From the IMG/VR virus record IMGVR_UViG_3300017909_001926, positions 1 to 30,012 of that record: DNA of 30,012 nt, one strand, 5' to 3'. Under the pieces are notes generated by a model. That model was given only the letters and a program-made list of their open reading frames with translations. It did no database searches and had not been told where the DNA came from. A program made the translations under genes and the position numbers. Positions 18,842 to 27,257 of the stretch are shown piece after piece (position 1 is the first letter of the stretch; every line of letters begins with the position of its first letter). Origin of the DNA: a virus (lineage: Duplodnaviria; Caudoviricetes).

Positions 18842-19212
18842 AAATTTATCAACGAACTCAAGGAGTTAGTTATCCTATGGTATAATTTAGGTGATGTTGC
18901 TTTAAGTTTTTCAAGAGCAATTGTATATTCGTCTCCCGGAAATAAAACGATACGTCCGGCATTGACAGTGTTTGCGATAGCTACTAACTCGTCAGTGTTA
19001 ACTTTTCCATCTCGTTCCCACGTTTCGTGAGATAGCGGTTGACCAAAGTGTTGCCACATTGTGATGGGAAGACACCTCTGAAAGTTTCTAGCCCACCGAG
19101 TCCACGGGTCACCCCCTGACTTATCATGAGCTTCAATGTAAACAGCGTATGCATTTTCATTCAGATACAGAGCTTGTCGTTCTACTTTCTTTGTCATCAA
19201 TATCGGCATCAC
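18838..19212 (-). CDS. Hypothetical protein
   Basis: In-operon ORF, ATGA-coupled to the endonuclease. Confidence 0.65.
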   Translation of the reverse strand: MMPILMTKKVERQALYLNENAYAVYIEAHDKSGGDPWTRWARNFQRCLPITMWQHFGQPLSHETWERDGKVNTDELVAIANTVNAGRIVLFPGDEYTIALEKLKATSPKLYHRITNSLSSLINL

Positions 19213-19486
19213 CGTTCCCTACTACGATCTTACGAATGGTTGCTAGTCCGTCTACCTTTATGCCTGTCCCATAATCATTACAATCAAGTTGTTCAAACAC
19301 TCTACCCCGTTTGTATGTCATATCATTAATCTGATATATCGTGTTGTGCAGTAACTCCTCCGTCAACGGGCGAAGCTCTTCAATTAACATAACGTTATGT
19401 TTCTCTACATCCTGCATAATCCTAGCTCGAAGTTTAATTAACTTTCCTTGTAGCTCAACTACTTTTCGTACATCTTTCTCTTTCAT
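19157..19486 (-). CDS. Hypothetical protein
   Basis: Start at ATG 19486 (ATGA overlap with exonuclease stop, AAGGA RBS). Confidence 0.6.
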   Translation of the reverse strand: MKEKDVRKVVELQGKLIKLRARIMQDVEKHNVMLIEELRPLTEELLHNTIYQINDMTYKRGRVFEQLDCNDYGTGIKVDGLATIRKIVVGNGDADIDDKESRTTSSVSE

Positions 19487-20367
19487 ATTTCTTTCACCTT
19501 CAGAGTGTGATACCAAGCAAGCGGCTTGTTTCTAGCTCGTGATGTAACTTTTGGATGTTGCACAGCATTAGGCCAGCAATGCTTTCGGTACCCACAGAAC
19601 GTGCATATCTTGTTTAGTATTTTGTTTCCGGTTTTAATTCGTTCACCTTTTAGAACGTACGCTTCGTCTTCAGGTGAAAGAGGAGGTGTCTTATACGTGT
19701 AGTTTGACATGAGTGCTTCAATTACTTTTGAAGCCTCTCCAAGGTAAGTGTCTCGGTCCTGCTTCTGATCGTCAGGAGCCTCCACAAACTTTATTTCACC
19801 TGAAGATTTGTCAACTACAATCCACCCACCAAAGTTGAGTCCCTTTGATTCAGAGTACAGATGCCCCTGCATCAGATAACCAAAGGGGTCATCTTCCTTC
19901 ATGTTCTCATATCCTTTTGAAAACTTGTACATGAAAGAATACGGAGACGCAGACTTAACATCCCACACTTTTTTACCATCAACCGGGTCGTCAATAACTA
20001 GATCGAGTGTGCCCTGTATTTTTTCTCCGGCTAGCTCTAATTCACACTGTCCCTGTGCCTCAGTAATTTTAACTCCTGCACCTTTGAGTATCGCCATGAC
20101 AGCACATTCAACGAGATCACCAATTAAAAATCGCAGAATAGAGTTATACTCCATTTCTTCATCTTTACCGTCTCGCCCATGTATCTGCTGACACATTGGA
20201 CGTCCCAAACCAGACATACGTATCCGCCACTCTGGGTTACGACTAAACTGTTTCTCGAGTGCTTGGCGGCAATCCTTTGCAAACTCCTCCATAACAGAAG
20301 AGGGGAGAGTTACCTCCCCCCTTACTGCTTTGTACAAGAAGTCTTTAACTAAAACTTCTGCAATCAT
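19483..20367 (-). CDS. Cas4/RecB-like PD-(D/E)XK exonuclease
   Basis: RMSGLGRPMC, GTLDL...WDVKSAS, GYLMQ...Y and C-terminal CTFCGYRKHC (Fe-S cluster pattern). Confidence 0.85.
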   Translation of the reverse strand: MIAEVLVKDFLYKAVRGEVTLPSSVMEEFAKDCRQALEKQFSRNPEWRIRMSGLGRPMCQQIHGRDGKDEEMEYNSILRFLIGDLVECAVMAILKGAGVKITEAQGQCELELAGEKIQGTLDLVIDDPVDGKKVWDVKSASPYSFMYKFSKGYENMKEDDPFGYLMQGHLYSESKGLNFGGWIVVDKSSGEIKFVEAPDDQKQDRDTYLGEASKVIEALMSNYTYKTPPLSPEDEAYVLKGERIKTGNKILNKICTFCGYRKHCWPNAVQHPKVTSRARNKPLAWYHTLKVKEI

Positions 20368-21197
20368 TAGCCAAAGTCCGCCGCTAAATCAACTTCTTGT
20401 TCATTAGCTTTGGCTTTAATTGCCTCTGCATGTTGCTCCATAATCATTGTATTGGACGCCTTAACTGTGTCCTCAAACATCTCGAGCAGATTCATGTCAA
20501 GGTTGACCTTGGCTTCTTTATCCTGCGTAAACACCGGGGTAAAGTAGACAACGCTTCCCATCTTTTGACGCTGAGTAGACAGGTCAAACGATACTTTGTG
20601 CAAAGGTGTGTCACCTAATTTTTGCACTGCTTCACGTGCGGGTCTGAACCCAGAACGTTTAAAGTACGACATGACGGGAAAGTTTTTAACTTCAACACTC
20701 TTTCCTTCAGCGTTTTTACCTTTCATGCTAACCGTGCCGTAAAAGACTTGATTACATGTTGCTAGGCGTGAAGCTAAAGTTTGAGGGTGATCTTCACCCA
20801 AAGCTTCCTCGTCAGACTTGGTCAAGCGGCCACACTTGTTGCCTCCTGTGCTGTCTGGAAATTGATAATCGAGCGACTTCGTTTGAATCGAGCGGCTAGA
20901 AAACTTACCCTCCTCTTGATCCCAAACAGACCACTCATACATACGCATGTACGGATGAAAAGTTACATTGTCTGCATATACAAACTCCCCATCGTGATAC
21001 ACTTTCCACGTGCCTTTCTTTAGCGTGTGCCCGTCGTCCGTGTCGGTGTCGTAGTTAATATTCAGACGTGCGAGTCCAGCCTTTGGCTGATCTACTTCTG
21101 TCTGTCCAGAGGCTTTCAGAATTAACTCCTGATCGCCTGATTTGATTGCCTCAGATAGAGACATTACATTTGGTGCTTTAACGCTCACTTCGCCCAT
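20367..21197 (-). CDS. Putative single-stranded DNA-binding protein
   Basis: Lies between polymerase and exonuclease. Aromatic beta-rich core, acidic C-terminus ending DLAADFG. Confidence 0.6.
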   Translation of the reverse strand: MGEVSVKAPNVMSLSEAIKSGDQELILKASGQTEVDQPKAGLARLNINYDTDTDDGHTLKKGTWKVYHDGEFVYADNVTFHPYMRMYEWSVWDQEEGKFSSRSIQTKSLDYQFPDSTGGNKCGRLTKSDEEALGEDHPQTLASRLATCNQVFYGTVSMKGKNAEGKSVEVKNFPVMSYFKRSGFRPAREAVQKLGDTPLHKVSFDLSTQRQKMGSVVYFTPVFTQDKEAKVNLDMNLLEMFEDTVKASNTMIMEQHAEAIKAKANEQEVDLAADFG

Positions 21198-21207
21198 AAC
21201 GCTCTCC

Positions 21208-22752
21208 TTAGTTAGCGTGTACTACTTCAGTGTCCAACCAATTTGGACCCATCTTAACCTCAACAGATATTGGCATATCGTAGTCAATGCCGTACCTGCG
21301 TTGGCACTCTTGTGGCAGAGACATCATCGACTCAACCACGAGATTAGTTACAGTATCCTCCTCCCCCGGAAAAATGTCAAGCACAATACTATCATGTACT
21401 GTGTTACAAATCACACTTTTTAATTCCTTACCTTTCATAGACTTAGAGAGATATACTAAAGCAATTGGTAAGAGATCGGCTGTTGCAAATCCCTGTACGG
21501 GGTAGTTACAAATCGCTGTGCGATTCGTTGCTGTGCCCCAATCTGTCCACTCACTTCCGGGAAACGCATACTGTCTTCCCGAGGGTAAAGTAATAAATCC
21601 TCTCTCAACAGCGTCACGTTGCAAATCCATGTGCCACTCTGTCACGCCAGCATACTTCTCTTTAAAAGTCCTGTAGTATCGCTGTTGGTCATCAGTACCT
21701 GTGGTACCCCCATAAAGAGGTTTAAATGTGTGTGCCTTAGCATCTTGGCGGGAACACCCAATAATCTCAGCAGTAACACTGTGTACATCAGTTTTCTCCT
21801 CCACATCGTGGTAGACCTGTGGGTCACTAGCTAGGTAGCCTGCTACTCTAAATTCAAGCTGACCGTAATCTGCCTCTAAGATTTTTCCTCCGTTAAAACG
21901 AGAGACCATTGCCCGTCGAATGGCGAAGGTAGAGCCACGGGGCATGTTCTGGAAGTTGGGGTTACGTGAACTGAGCCGTCCGGTTGCAGTAATACATTGC
22001 ATGAAATCTGGATGCACGATGTCTTGGTCGTCACAATTGTTCTTGAGTCCTTCGACAAAGGTTGATAGGTAAGTTCGCAGTGCATTGTACCTTGAATAAG
22101 ATTCGGCAAACTCTCGTGCGTCCCCTGACAGTTCGTCGAGCCGTTCTGCGAGTGTATCGTGGTCTGTTTTAAATCCTGCGGCGGCAGTGTCCCATGCGTC
22201 TCGCGGAATAATCTTGAAGCCTGCAATCTCTTTAGTCTTCGCATAGACCACTCCGTCACCTTTACACGCTTTACAGACACGTACCGCCTTACCCACTGTG
22301 CCGTCTTTCTTGATTACTCTCTTACGTCCCGTTCCGTTACACCCAGTACATTTAGATGCGATAGTTTTGTGCAGGACTTTCGTTTCTTCCTTAACGTACA
22401 GCGCAAATAATTTTTTTGTCATTTTTGTACGTTGTTTAGGCTTACGTGTAGCGCCCCGTAGTTCTGATCCTAGGTTAAAAATAGAAGACCAACGCTTCTT
22501 GTCAATAACCTTACGTGAGTAAAACAGCATCGAGCGGTCGTCTGCACTGTTGAGATTGATAGGGGTGTCACCCATCGCTTCTTCTGCCATACGCTGGAGT
22601 TTGATCTCCAGTTCGTTCATCTCGTCCCTGTATTCTTTCTCAATTTCACTGAGGGCAACTGGGTCTATCTGGATACCTGTCCTCTCGAGGTTCGCAAGGA
22701 CGTCCGTCATCTCCAACGACAGGCGTAGGGTGTTCAACAATTTCGATGCCAT
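21208..22752 (-). CDS. polA: Family A DNA polymerase, polymerase domain with DnaJ-type Zn finger
   Basis: TATGRLSSRNPNFQNMPR, motif A EADYGQLEFR, motif B RQDAKAHTFKPLYG, motif C VHDS, and CTGCNGTG...CKACKGDG. Own AAGGAG RBS. Confidence 0.95.
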   Translation of the reverse strand: MASKLLNTLRLSLEMTDVLANLERTGIQIDPVALSEIEKEYRDEMNELEIKLQRMAEEAMGDTPINLNSADDRSMLFYSRKVIDKKRWSSIFNLGSELRGATRKPKQRTKMTKKLFALYVKEETKVLHKTIASKCTGCNGTGRKRVIKKDGTVGKAVRVCKACKGDGVVYAKTKEIAGFKIIPRDAWDTAAAGFKTDHDTLAERLDELSGDAREFAESYSRYNALRTYLSTFVEGLKNNCDDQDIVHPDFMQCITATGRLSSRNPNFQNMPRGSTFAIRRAMVSRFNGGKILEADYGQLEFRVAGYLASDPQVYHDVEEKTDVHSVTAEIIGCSRQDAKAHTFKPLYGGTTGTDDQQRYYRTFKEKYAGVTEWHMDLQRDAVERGFITLPSGRQYAFPGSEWTDWGTATNRTAICNYPVQGFATADLLPIALVYLSKSMKGKELKSVICNTVHDSIVLDIFPGEEDTVTNLVVESMMSLPQECQRRYGIDYDMPISVEVKMGPNWLDTEVVHAN

Positions 22753-22960
22753 AGGCTTTAATCTCCTTTAAAAGGTCTTGTGAGAATATCTCACCGTTAC
22801 GGACAGAGTCCATTCCTTGAAGCATACCATTGTAATACTCCACTGTCGACAGGTCGTCATCCATGTCAGCTTCATTTCGTAAGAACTTGAGGATAATGAC
22901 GGCAGACTCGTAGGTGATGCCACCCATCATTCCTTTATACGCAACTGGTTTCTTGCTCAA
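22646..22960 (-). CDS. Hypothetical protein between the polymerase halves
   Basis: TTG start in a TTGA overlap with the upstream mini-ORF, GGGAG RBS. 3' end overlaps the polymerase ORF by 107 nt. Confidence 0.5.
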   Translation of the reverse strand: MSKKPVAYKGMMGGITYESAVIILKFLRNEADMDDDLSTVEYYNGMLQGMDSVRNGEIFSQDLLKEIKAYGIEIVEHPTPVVGDDGRPCEPREDRYPDRPSCPQ

Positions 22961-23088
22961 TGTTTTATCTCCCTACGCATAGGTCTGTGAAACTTCAACC
23001 AGCATGGGGCGCACATATATTCTGGCTTGTCCCCAACTTTGGCATCAGCTTTTTTGCTACAGTAATCACACTTTACACGTTTTTCCAT
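22957..23088 (-). CDS. Small CxxC-CxxC zinc-finger protein (43 aa)
   Basis: Not in ORF track. GGAG RBS. MEKRVKCDYCSKKADAKVGDKPEYMCAPCWLKFHRPMRREIKH. Confidence 0.6.
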   Translation of the reverse strand: MEKRVKCDYCSKKADAKVGDKPEYMCAPCWLKFHRPMRREIKH

Positions 23089-23359
23089 GCTTACTCCAAG
23101 GTTTTGTAATCATCCAGTGGCCGCGCTCTACTGGTCCTCTATACTCAATGTCCTCCGCTGTGAGCACCGTCTTTGCATTGTAACGAACTTCTTTACGCGG
23201 AGGCAAATTTCTCTTACGTCTGATAACACTTAGCATAGCGCGTACTGTTTCTGGCTTACGCCCTAATGCTTTACCCATATCACGCGCACTCGCGTTGTCT
23301 AGGTACATACTTATCAAAGTGTCAATGTGCTCCTCTGTCCACGGTACACCATTAGACAT
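23066..23359 (-). CDS. GcrA-like / HTH DNA-binding protein
   Basis: WTEEHIDTLISMY...SARDMGKALGRKPETVRAMLSVIRR resembles the GcrA N-terminal HTH. GAGGAG RBS. Confidence 0.55.
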   Translation of the reverse strand: MSNGVPWTEEHIDTLISMYLDNASARDMGKALGRKPETVRAMLSVIRRKRNLPPRKEVRYNAKTVLTAEDIEYRGPVERGHWMITKPWSKHGKTCKV

Positions 23360-23900
23360 AAAACTCCTCCCACGTCACGTTATACTTCTCAGCCATTTGT
23401 TTCTGTGCTATCTCCCACGTTGCTTGAACGTCAGCGATACCATACTCCTCGACTATCTCCCACGGAATTTGTGCAAACGTCTTGCCGCTCTTGAGATAAT
23501 CCTCCGTAAGGTCTTTCTTCTTTTCAGTAACCTCATACCTTTTCGCAAGGGCATCAAGCGAGAGAGGCCACTTACGTGCCCTAGCCAACACATATTCTGC
23601 AACCATCGTGTCATACACTTTACCTTCATACTTAAATCCGCATTCGCGTATCCAGTTCAGGTCGAACTTGATGTTGTGTCCGACAACTACATCCGCAAAG
23701 TCTAATGCGTGTTGAAATGTCTCAAAGCCATCGGGTGTTGGCTCACGCCCTTCATGGTGAAAGAAGATGTAATGCACCGGGCCATCATTAACCTTGTACC
23801 CAATACTAACAAGATGGTTGCCAAAATAAGGCAACGGTGTGTGCTTGCCGTTGGGCTTGAGTCGATGCGTACACTCAACGTCAAACGTCAAAATGTTCAT
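23352..23900 (-). CDS. Stand-alone 3'-5' proofreading exonuclease domain of family A DNA polymerase
   Basis: ExoI FDVE, ExoII GHNIKFD, DTMVAEY, SLDALAKRY and ExoIII EYGIAD. Ends in TAA after 182 aa. Confidence 0.9.
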   Translation of the reverse strand: MNILTFDVECTHRLKPNGKHTPLPYFGNHLVSIGYKVNDGPVHYIFFHHEGREPTPDGFETFQHALDFADVVVGHNIKFDLNWIRECGFKYEGKVYDTMVAEYVLARARKWPLSLDALAKRYEVTEKKKDLTEDYLKSGKTFAQIPWEIVEEYGIADVQATWEIAQKQMAEKYNVTWEEFYV

Positions 23901-24159
23901 TTAAATCTACCTCTATGATTTCTACGCCGATTTTCTTTTGTGGTTTACTTGGTATCCTAAAAATGCGAGAGCCATCTTTACGTCGACTCATGGTCTTAAC
24001 GTCGATCAGTCGTACGTTACCTGTCACTGGATGCAAGGCAACGAGGTCCACGATACCTTGATCGGACACAGCCCAAAACACATCGTAGCCCTCTTGAACT
24101 AACTCAGTGGTCACAATTAACTCGCTTAACGTTCCTTTTGTCACCTTATGACCCGCCAT
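23881..24159 (-). CDS. Small PD-(D/E)XK endonuclease-like protein
   Basis: KGTLSE...GYDVF...VDLVAL...IDVKT. Start reassigned to ATG 24159 after GAGGAGG. Confidence 0.65.
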   Translation of the reverse strand: MAGHKVTKGTLSELIVTTELVQEGYDVFWAVSDQGIVDLVALHPVTGNVRLIDVKTMSRRKDGSRIFRIPSKPQKKIGVEIIEVDLNEHFDV

Positions 24160-25462
24160 CAAAGTCCTCCTCAGTAGGTTCATAGATATCTTCCTGATAT
24201 TCTTCCGGAACAACTATCAAAGCATTCTGCTTTTCAAAGACGCCCCGGTACATGTCAATCTCTGCCATGATCTTGCCATGCCATCCGTTCTGCTTGTTCT
24301 TAGATACAAACACAGAACGCTGTGTATTATCAGGCGAACGGTCTCCTCGCCTGCCAATGCCAATGATTAGGTCAGCCTCGCCTGCCTTGCCTGTCTTTGA
24401 GTTGTCCAAGTATTGGTACTCAACGTCGAGCAAACCTTCCGCTTCGGCACTAGCCTGCGATACTCCCCACACAAGACACTTATTTCGTTTCGCAATTTCA
24501 CGTGCCTGTAGGTATATTTCTTTGAGCTTCTCGTCGCCACGATTAAACTTCCCCGCAATCTTAACCTTGTCCAGTTGGTCTATAAAGATAATGTCTGGCT
24601 TGTTGATCTTGCACCAATCATCAATCTCCTGAATGGTCGTTCCAACACAGTCGAGAACACGTAACAAGCCATCATTCGCGACACGCCATAACGATGAATA
24701 TTGCCCACGCCCCTCGTCAAGTTCTTTCCGCGTAACTTTAAAATAGCTTTGCACGATGCGTAGTTTAGTTCGTACAGCAGGCTCTTCGTTTCCCCACACC
24801 GCAACGGTAAACCCCTGCTTAACATATTTCTGCGCGAGGAAAGATACGAACGTAGTCTTGCCCGTTTCCGGTCTAGCAAAGATGATTCCAAAGTGCCCAC
24901 GATCCAACCCCGGAACCCGTTTGGCAAGCGGCTCCCAGTTGAACGGAAAATCGGGAGTAATCGTAAGGGAGTCCAAAAGCTCTTCGACCCCCATGTCCAC
25001 TTCCGTGTACGTCGTCTTTTCGCCAATCGAATCCTCCGCTGTAGACTCAATAAGTCGTTTGAGTTCTCCAAAGTTATTCTCCTTGCCTAAGAATATGTTT
25101 ACGGACAGTTCTGAAATGACTTTAGCCCTGTGTCGCATCCAAAGATCACGTATGACTCTTTCTTGCAAATCAGTGTTCGTGCCAATGTCGTCATGCAATG
25201 TTTCAAAATGCTCCCAGTACCGTAGGCGAGTGCTGTCTGGTAGGGCGGGATTCTTTGAATCAAAATAAGCTTGTAGCTCGGCTCCTGTGAAGTCTGAGGC
25301 ATACTCAGAATGAGCATCGACAAGTGCTGTCCAAATTGGTGCCCATTCTCCCTCAAACATGTCACGATGTAGTATGTTTTTGACTCGATCATAGCACTCT
25401 GTACGTAAGCAGAATGAAATGATCTTACTCTCAATTGATTGCTGTTCTGACGGTTCGTTCAC
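24146..25462 (-). CDS. DnaB-like replicative helicase
   Basis: Walker A ARPETGKT, GNEE, IFIDQLDK, SQAS, GEADLIIGIG and SKNK motifs. Confidence 0.92.
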   Translation of the reverse strand: MNEPSEQQSIESKIISFCLRTECYDRVKNILHRDMFEGEWAPIWTALVDAHSEYASDFTGAELQAYFDSKNPALPDSTRLRYWEHFETLHDDIGTNTDLQERVIRDLWMRHRAKVISELSVNIFLGKENNFGELKRLIESTAEDSIGEKTTYTEVDMGVEELLDSLTITPDFPFNWEPLAKRVPGLDRGHFGIIFARPETGKTTFVSFLAQKYVKQGFTVAVWGNEEPAVRTKLRIVQSYFKVTRKELDEGRGQYSSLWRVANDGLLRVLDCVGTTIQEIDDWCKINKPDIIFIDQLDKVKIAGKFNRGDEKLKEIYLQAREIAKRNKCLVWGVSQASAEAEGLLDVEYQYLDNSKTGKAGEADLIIGIGRRGDRSPDNTQRSVFVSKNKQNGWHGKIMAEIDMYRGVFEKQNALIVVPEEYQEDIYEPTEEDFDGGS

Positions 25463-26186
25463 GTTCTTCCTCTTGCATAGACTTCAAGTCTTTATCTAAC
25501 ATGGCAATGCCAGTGGGTACGAGAGTATTCAAGGCTCTCATGTATGTCAAGGCTTTGTCAGTCGCGTCTTTATCTAAGGCAATATATACCTTATTAAACG
25601 TTACTAGCTCTTGTATGTGTTCGTCACGCAAGGATGTGCCAAGTAGAGCATAGCCTGTAACCCAATCACTAATGCTGATAGCTGACGGTATGTCCTCCAC
25701 TACAAATGCAGTACGTGAAGTACCTATGCGGAACCCGCCTCGATAGTTACCATACCGATACCATTTAGGTCTTGCGCCCGTGAGGGTGCGGCCCGCCCCA
25801 TCAACGAGCTTGCCATCAGCATCATGTATTGGATAGACCAAACGGTCTTTTACGACATCATGATACAGATCCTCAAAGCGTCCGGACGTGTGGGCGAGAT
25901 CAGCAAAATCCCTCGCACGTTGCGGTATGACGCGAGACCATGACTTTGGTTTTACGAACTCGACAGTTTGTCGTCGGGGCGCACTGAGTATGTCTGCGGC
26001 GTTATTAAGTGTGAGGGAAAACTTACCACCACTTGTATCGCAGTCTGCATGAAAGCAATTCCATAGCAACGTGCCGTTGACGTTAGATACGGAAAAGGTA
26101 TTCTTGTGCCCACACTCTGGGCAGTCCATCCGGTGTGCTTCTCCGGACTGTAAGCCGAGCGACTCGGCGGTGTGTTGTGCATTCAT
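25431..26186 (-). CDS. DNA primase (Zn-binding plus Toprim)
   Basis: CPECG...CFHADC Zn ribbon, PKWYRY, VVED and ALDKDA. Start at ATG 26186 after GAGGAGG. Confidence 0.88.
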   Translation of the reverse strand: MNAQHTAESLGLQSGEAHRMDCPECGHKNTFSVSNVNGTLLWNCFHADCDTSGGKFSLTLNNAADILSAPRRQTVEFVKPKSWSRVIPQRARDFADLAHTSGRFEDLYHDVVKDRLVYPIHDADGKLVDGAGRTLTGARPKWYRYGNYRGGFRIGTSRTAFVVEDIPSAISISDWVTGYALLGTSLRDEHIQELVTFNKVYIALDKDATDKALTYMRALNTLVPTGIAMLDKDLKSMQEEERERTVRTAIN

Positions 26187-26215
26187 AGGCAAAGCCTCCT
26201 CATATAGCGGGGTCG

Positions 26216-26245
26216 AGTGTAAAGACATATCCAAAAAGTTGTCAA
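26216..26245 (-). promoter_or_regulatory. Sigma70-like promoter for the replication operon
   Basis: TTGACA-N18-TACACT upstream of the primase RBS. Confidence 0.7.
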
Positions 26246-26260
26246 CACCTTTTAAAAATT

Positions 26261-26289
26261 TTGACTTCTTTTCGTATTTACTTTACGAT
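26261..26289 (+). promoter_or_regulatory. Sigma70-like promoter for rightward early genes (divergent)
   Basis: TTGACT-N17-TACGAT. Confidence 0.7.
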
Positions 26290-26317
26290 CCGAACACCCC
26301 TGCCGGGGGTACACCCA

Positions 26318-26370
26318 CCTAAACGTACTTAGTACGCAGACAAACCCTAAACGTTATTAGTACGCAGTCA
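26318..26370. repeat. Imperfect 25-bp direct repeat pair (28-bp period)
   Basis: CCTAAACGTACTTAGTACGCAGACA (26318-26342) and CCTAAACGTTATTAGTACGCAGTCA (26346-26370). Confidence 0.85.
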
Positions 26371-26479
26371 CCCCCCTATTATTAGGTAACGTTTTTTCTT
26401 GTACGACCAAAGTCTAGTGTACCTCGCGATAGAGGTAAGGTACTGTCTTGGTTCATTCACGAGACGGGAGTAAAGTTAC

Positions 26480-26716
26480 GTGATTAAACGTATACATATT
26501 AATCAACATAATATCAGGCACAATGCAAAGAACCCCGACGACCTGAGGCCGGTAGTTACCGTAAAAACAAGCCGAAGCAATACGAAAGGGTTTGGCGTAA
26601 CAATAAACGGACCTAGTAAGCTTGTCTATTCACCCGATAAGCCGTTAGCATGTGGCGCTAAAGTGTGGATCGAAACACGGGAACAAGTTACTGTAGATAA
26701 TGAGGTGATTGAATGA
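26480..26716 (+). CDS. Conserved small phage protein
   Basis: GGGAG RBS. IHINQHNIRHN...GPSKLVYSPDKPLACGAKVWIET resembles a widespread phage family of unknown function. Confidence 0.75.
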   Translation: MIKRIHINQHNIRHNAKNPDDLRPVVTVKTSRSNTKGFGVTINGPSKLVYSPDKPLACGAKVWIETREQVTVDNEVIE

Positions 26717-27057
26717 TTGCAGAACAATACCGAAACATACGACCCTATTTTGTCCACGCGGATCATATGCCGATGGTACGCCGGTGGTCTTGCATCCTGT
26801 TGGATCAAGACACAGAGAACCCGCCCTTTGAACCTTGCCGGTATTTTGTGGTAAATGTTTTTGCTGAAACAAAGGAACAGGTACTGGATTGTTTAGGTGA
26901 CGAGTACCCGTGGTGCGATATTATGCACATTGATAAAGCAAGAGGCGGACTGACAGACGACGACCACCTCGAGGCATGGTTACAACACTACGACAACACG
27001 GAGCAAGTACCGCTACGGGAAGCACCGGGGACTGTACACACTACGGAGAAAAGATGA
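26713..27057 (+). CDS. Hypothetical protein
   Basis: ATGA-coupled, GAGGTG RBS. Confidence 0.65.
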   Translation: MIAEQYRNIRPYFVHADHMPMVRRWSCILLDQDTENPPFEPCRYFVVNVFAETKEQVLDCLGDEYPWCDIMHIDKARGGLTDDDHLEAWLQHYDNTEQVPLREAPGTVHTTEKR

Positions 27058-27257
27058 TAACGGTAAGCAACGAAAACAAAACGCGGGTAGATTATCTTGT
27101 CTACAAACAAGTAAAGGAATGCAATGAGCTACTAAAAAAGGCGAGTGTTATTCTGCACGATACTGGTGACACTGATTCGACCACGTTGGATAATGCTATG
27201 TCGCATTTAACGTGCGCGGTTGATATGACGACCCGCTATATGGAGGAGAACGCATGA
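27054..27257 (+). CDS. Hypothetical protein
   Basis: Start reassigned to ATG 27054 (ATGA overlap, GGAG RBS). Confidence 0.6.
   Translation: MITVSNENKTRVDYLVYKQVKECNELLKKASVILHDTGDTDSTTLDNAMSHLTCAVDMTTRYMEENA

Noticed and set aside
20302-20319. GGGGAG-N6-CTCCCC hairpin early in the exonuclease gene
   Set aside because: Inside coding sequence with no proper U tract. Probably incidental.
22753-23351. Group I/II intron, intein or ribosomal bypass joining the polymerase halves
   Set aside because: No intron core or HNH/GIY-YIG/LAGLIDADG ORF was recognised. The gap is filled by coupled ORFs, and the polymerase ORF has its own strong RBS.
26318-26370. Mini-CRISPR array
   Set aside because: Only two repeats, separated by 3 nt, with no spacers. 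The Cas4-like gene is a standard phage exonuclease and has no cas operon.
26335-26372. c-di-GMP-I riboswitch resemblance (GACAAAC...ACGCAGTC)
   Set aside because: No GNRA tetraloop or receptor stem is present, and the similarity is explained by the direct repeat.
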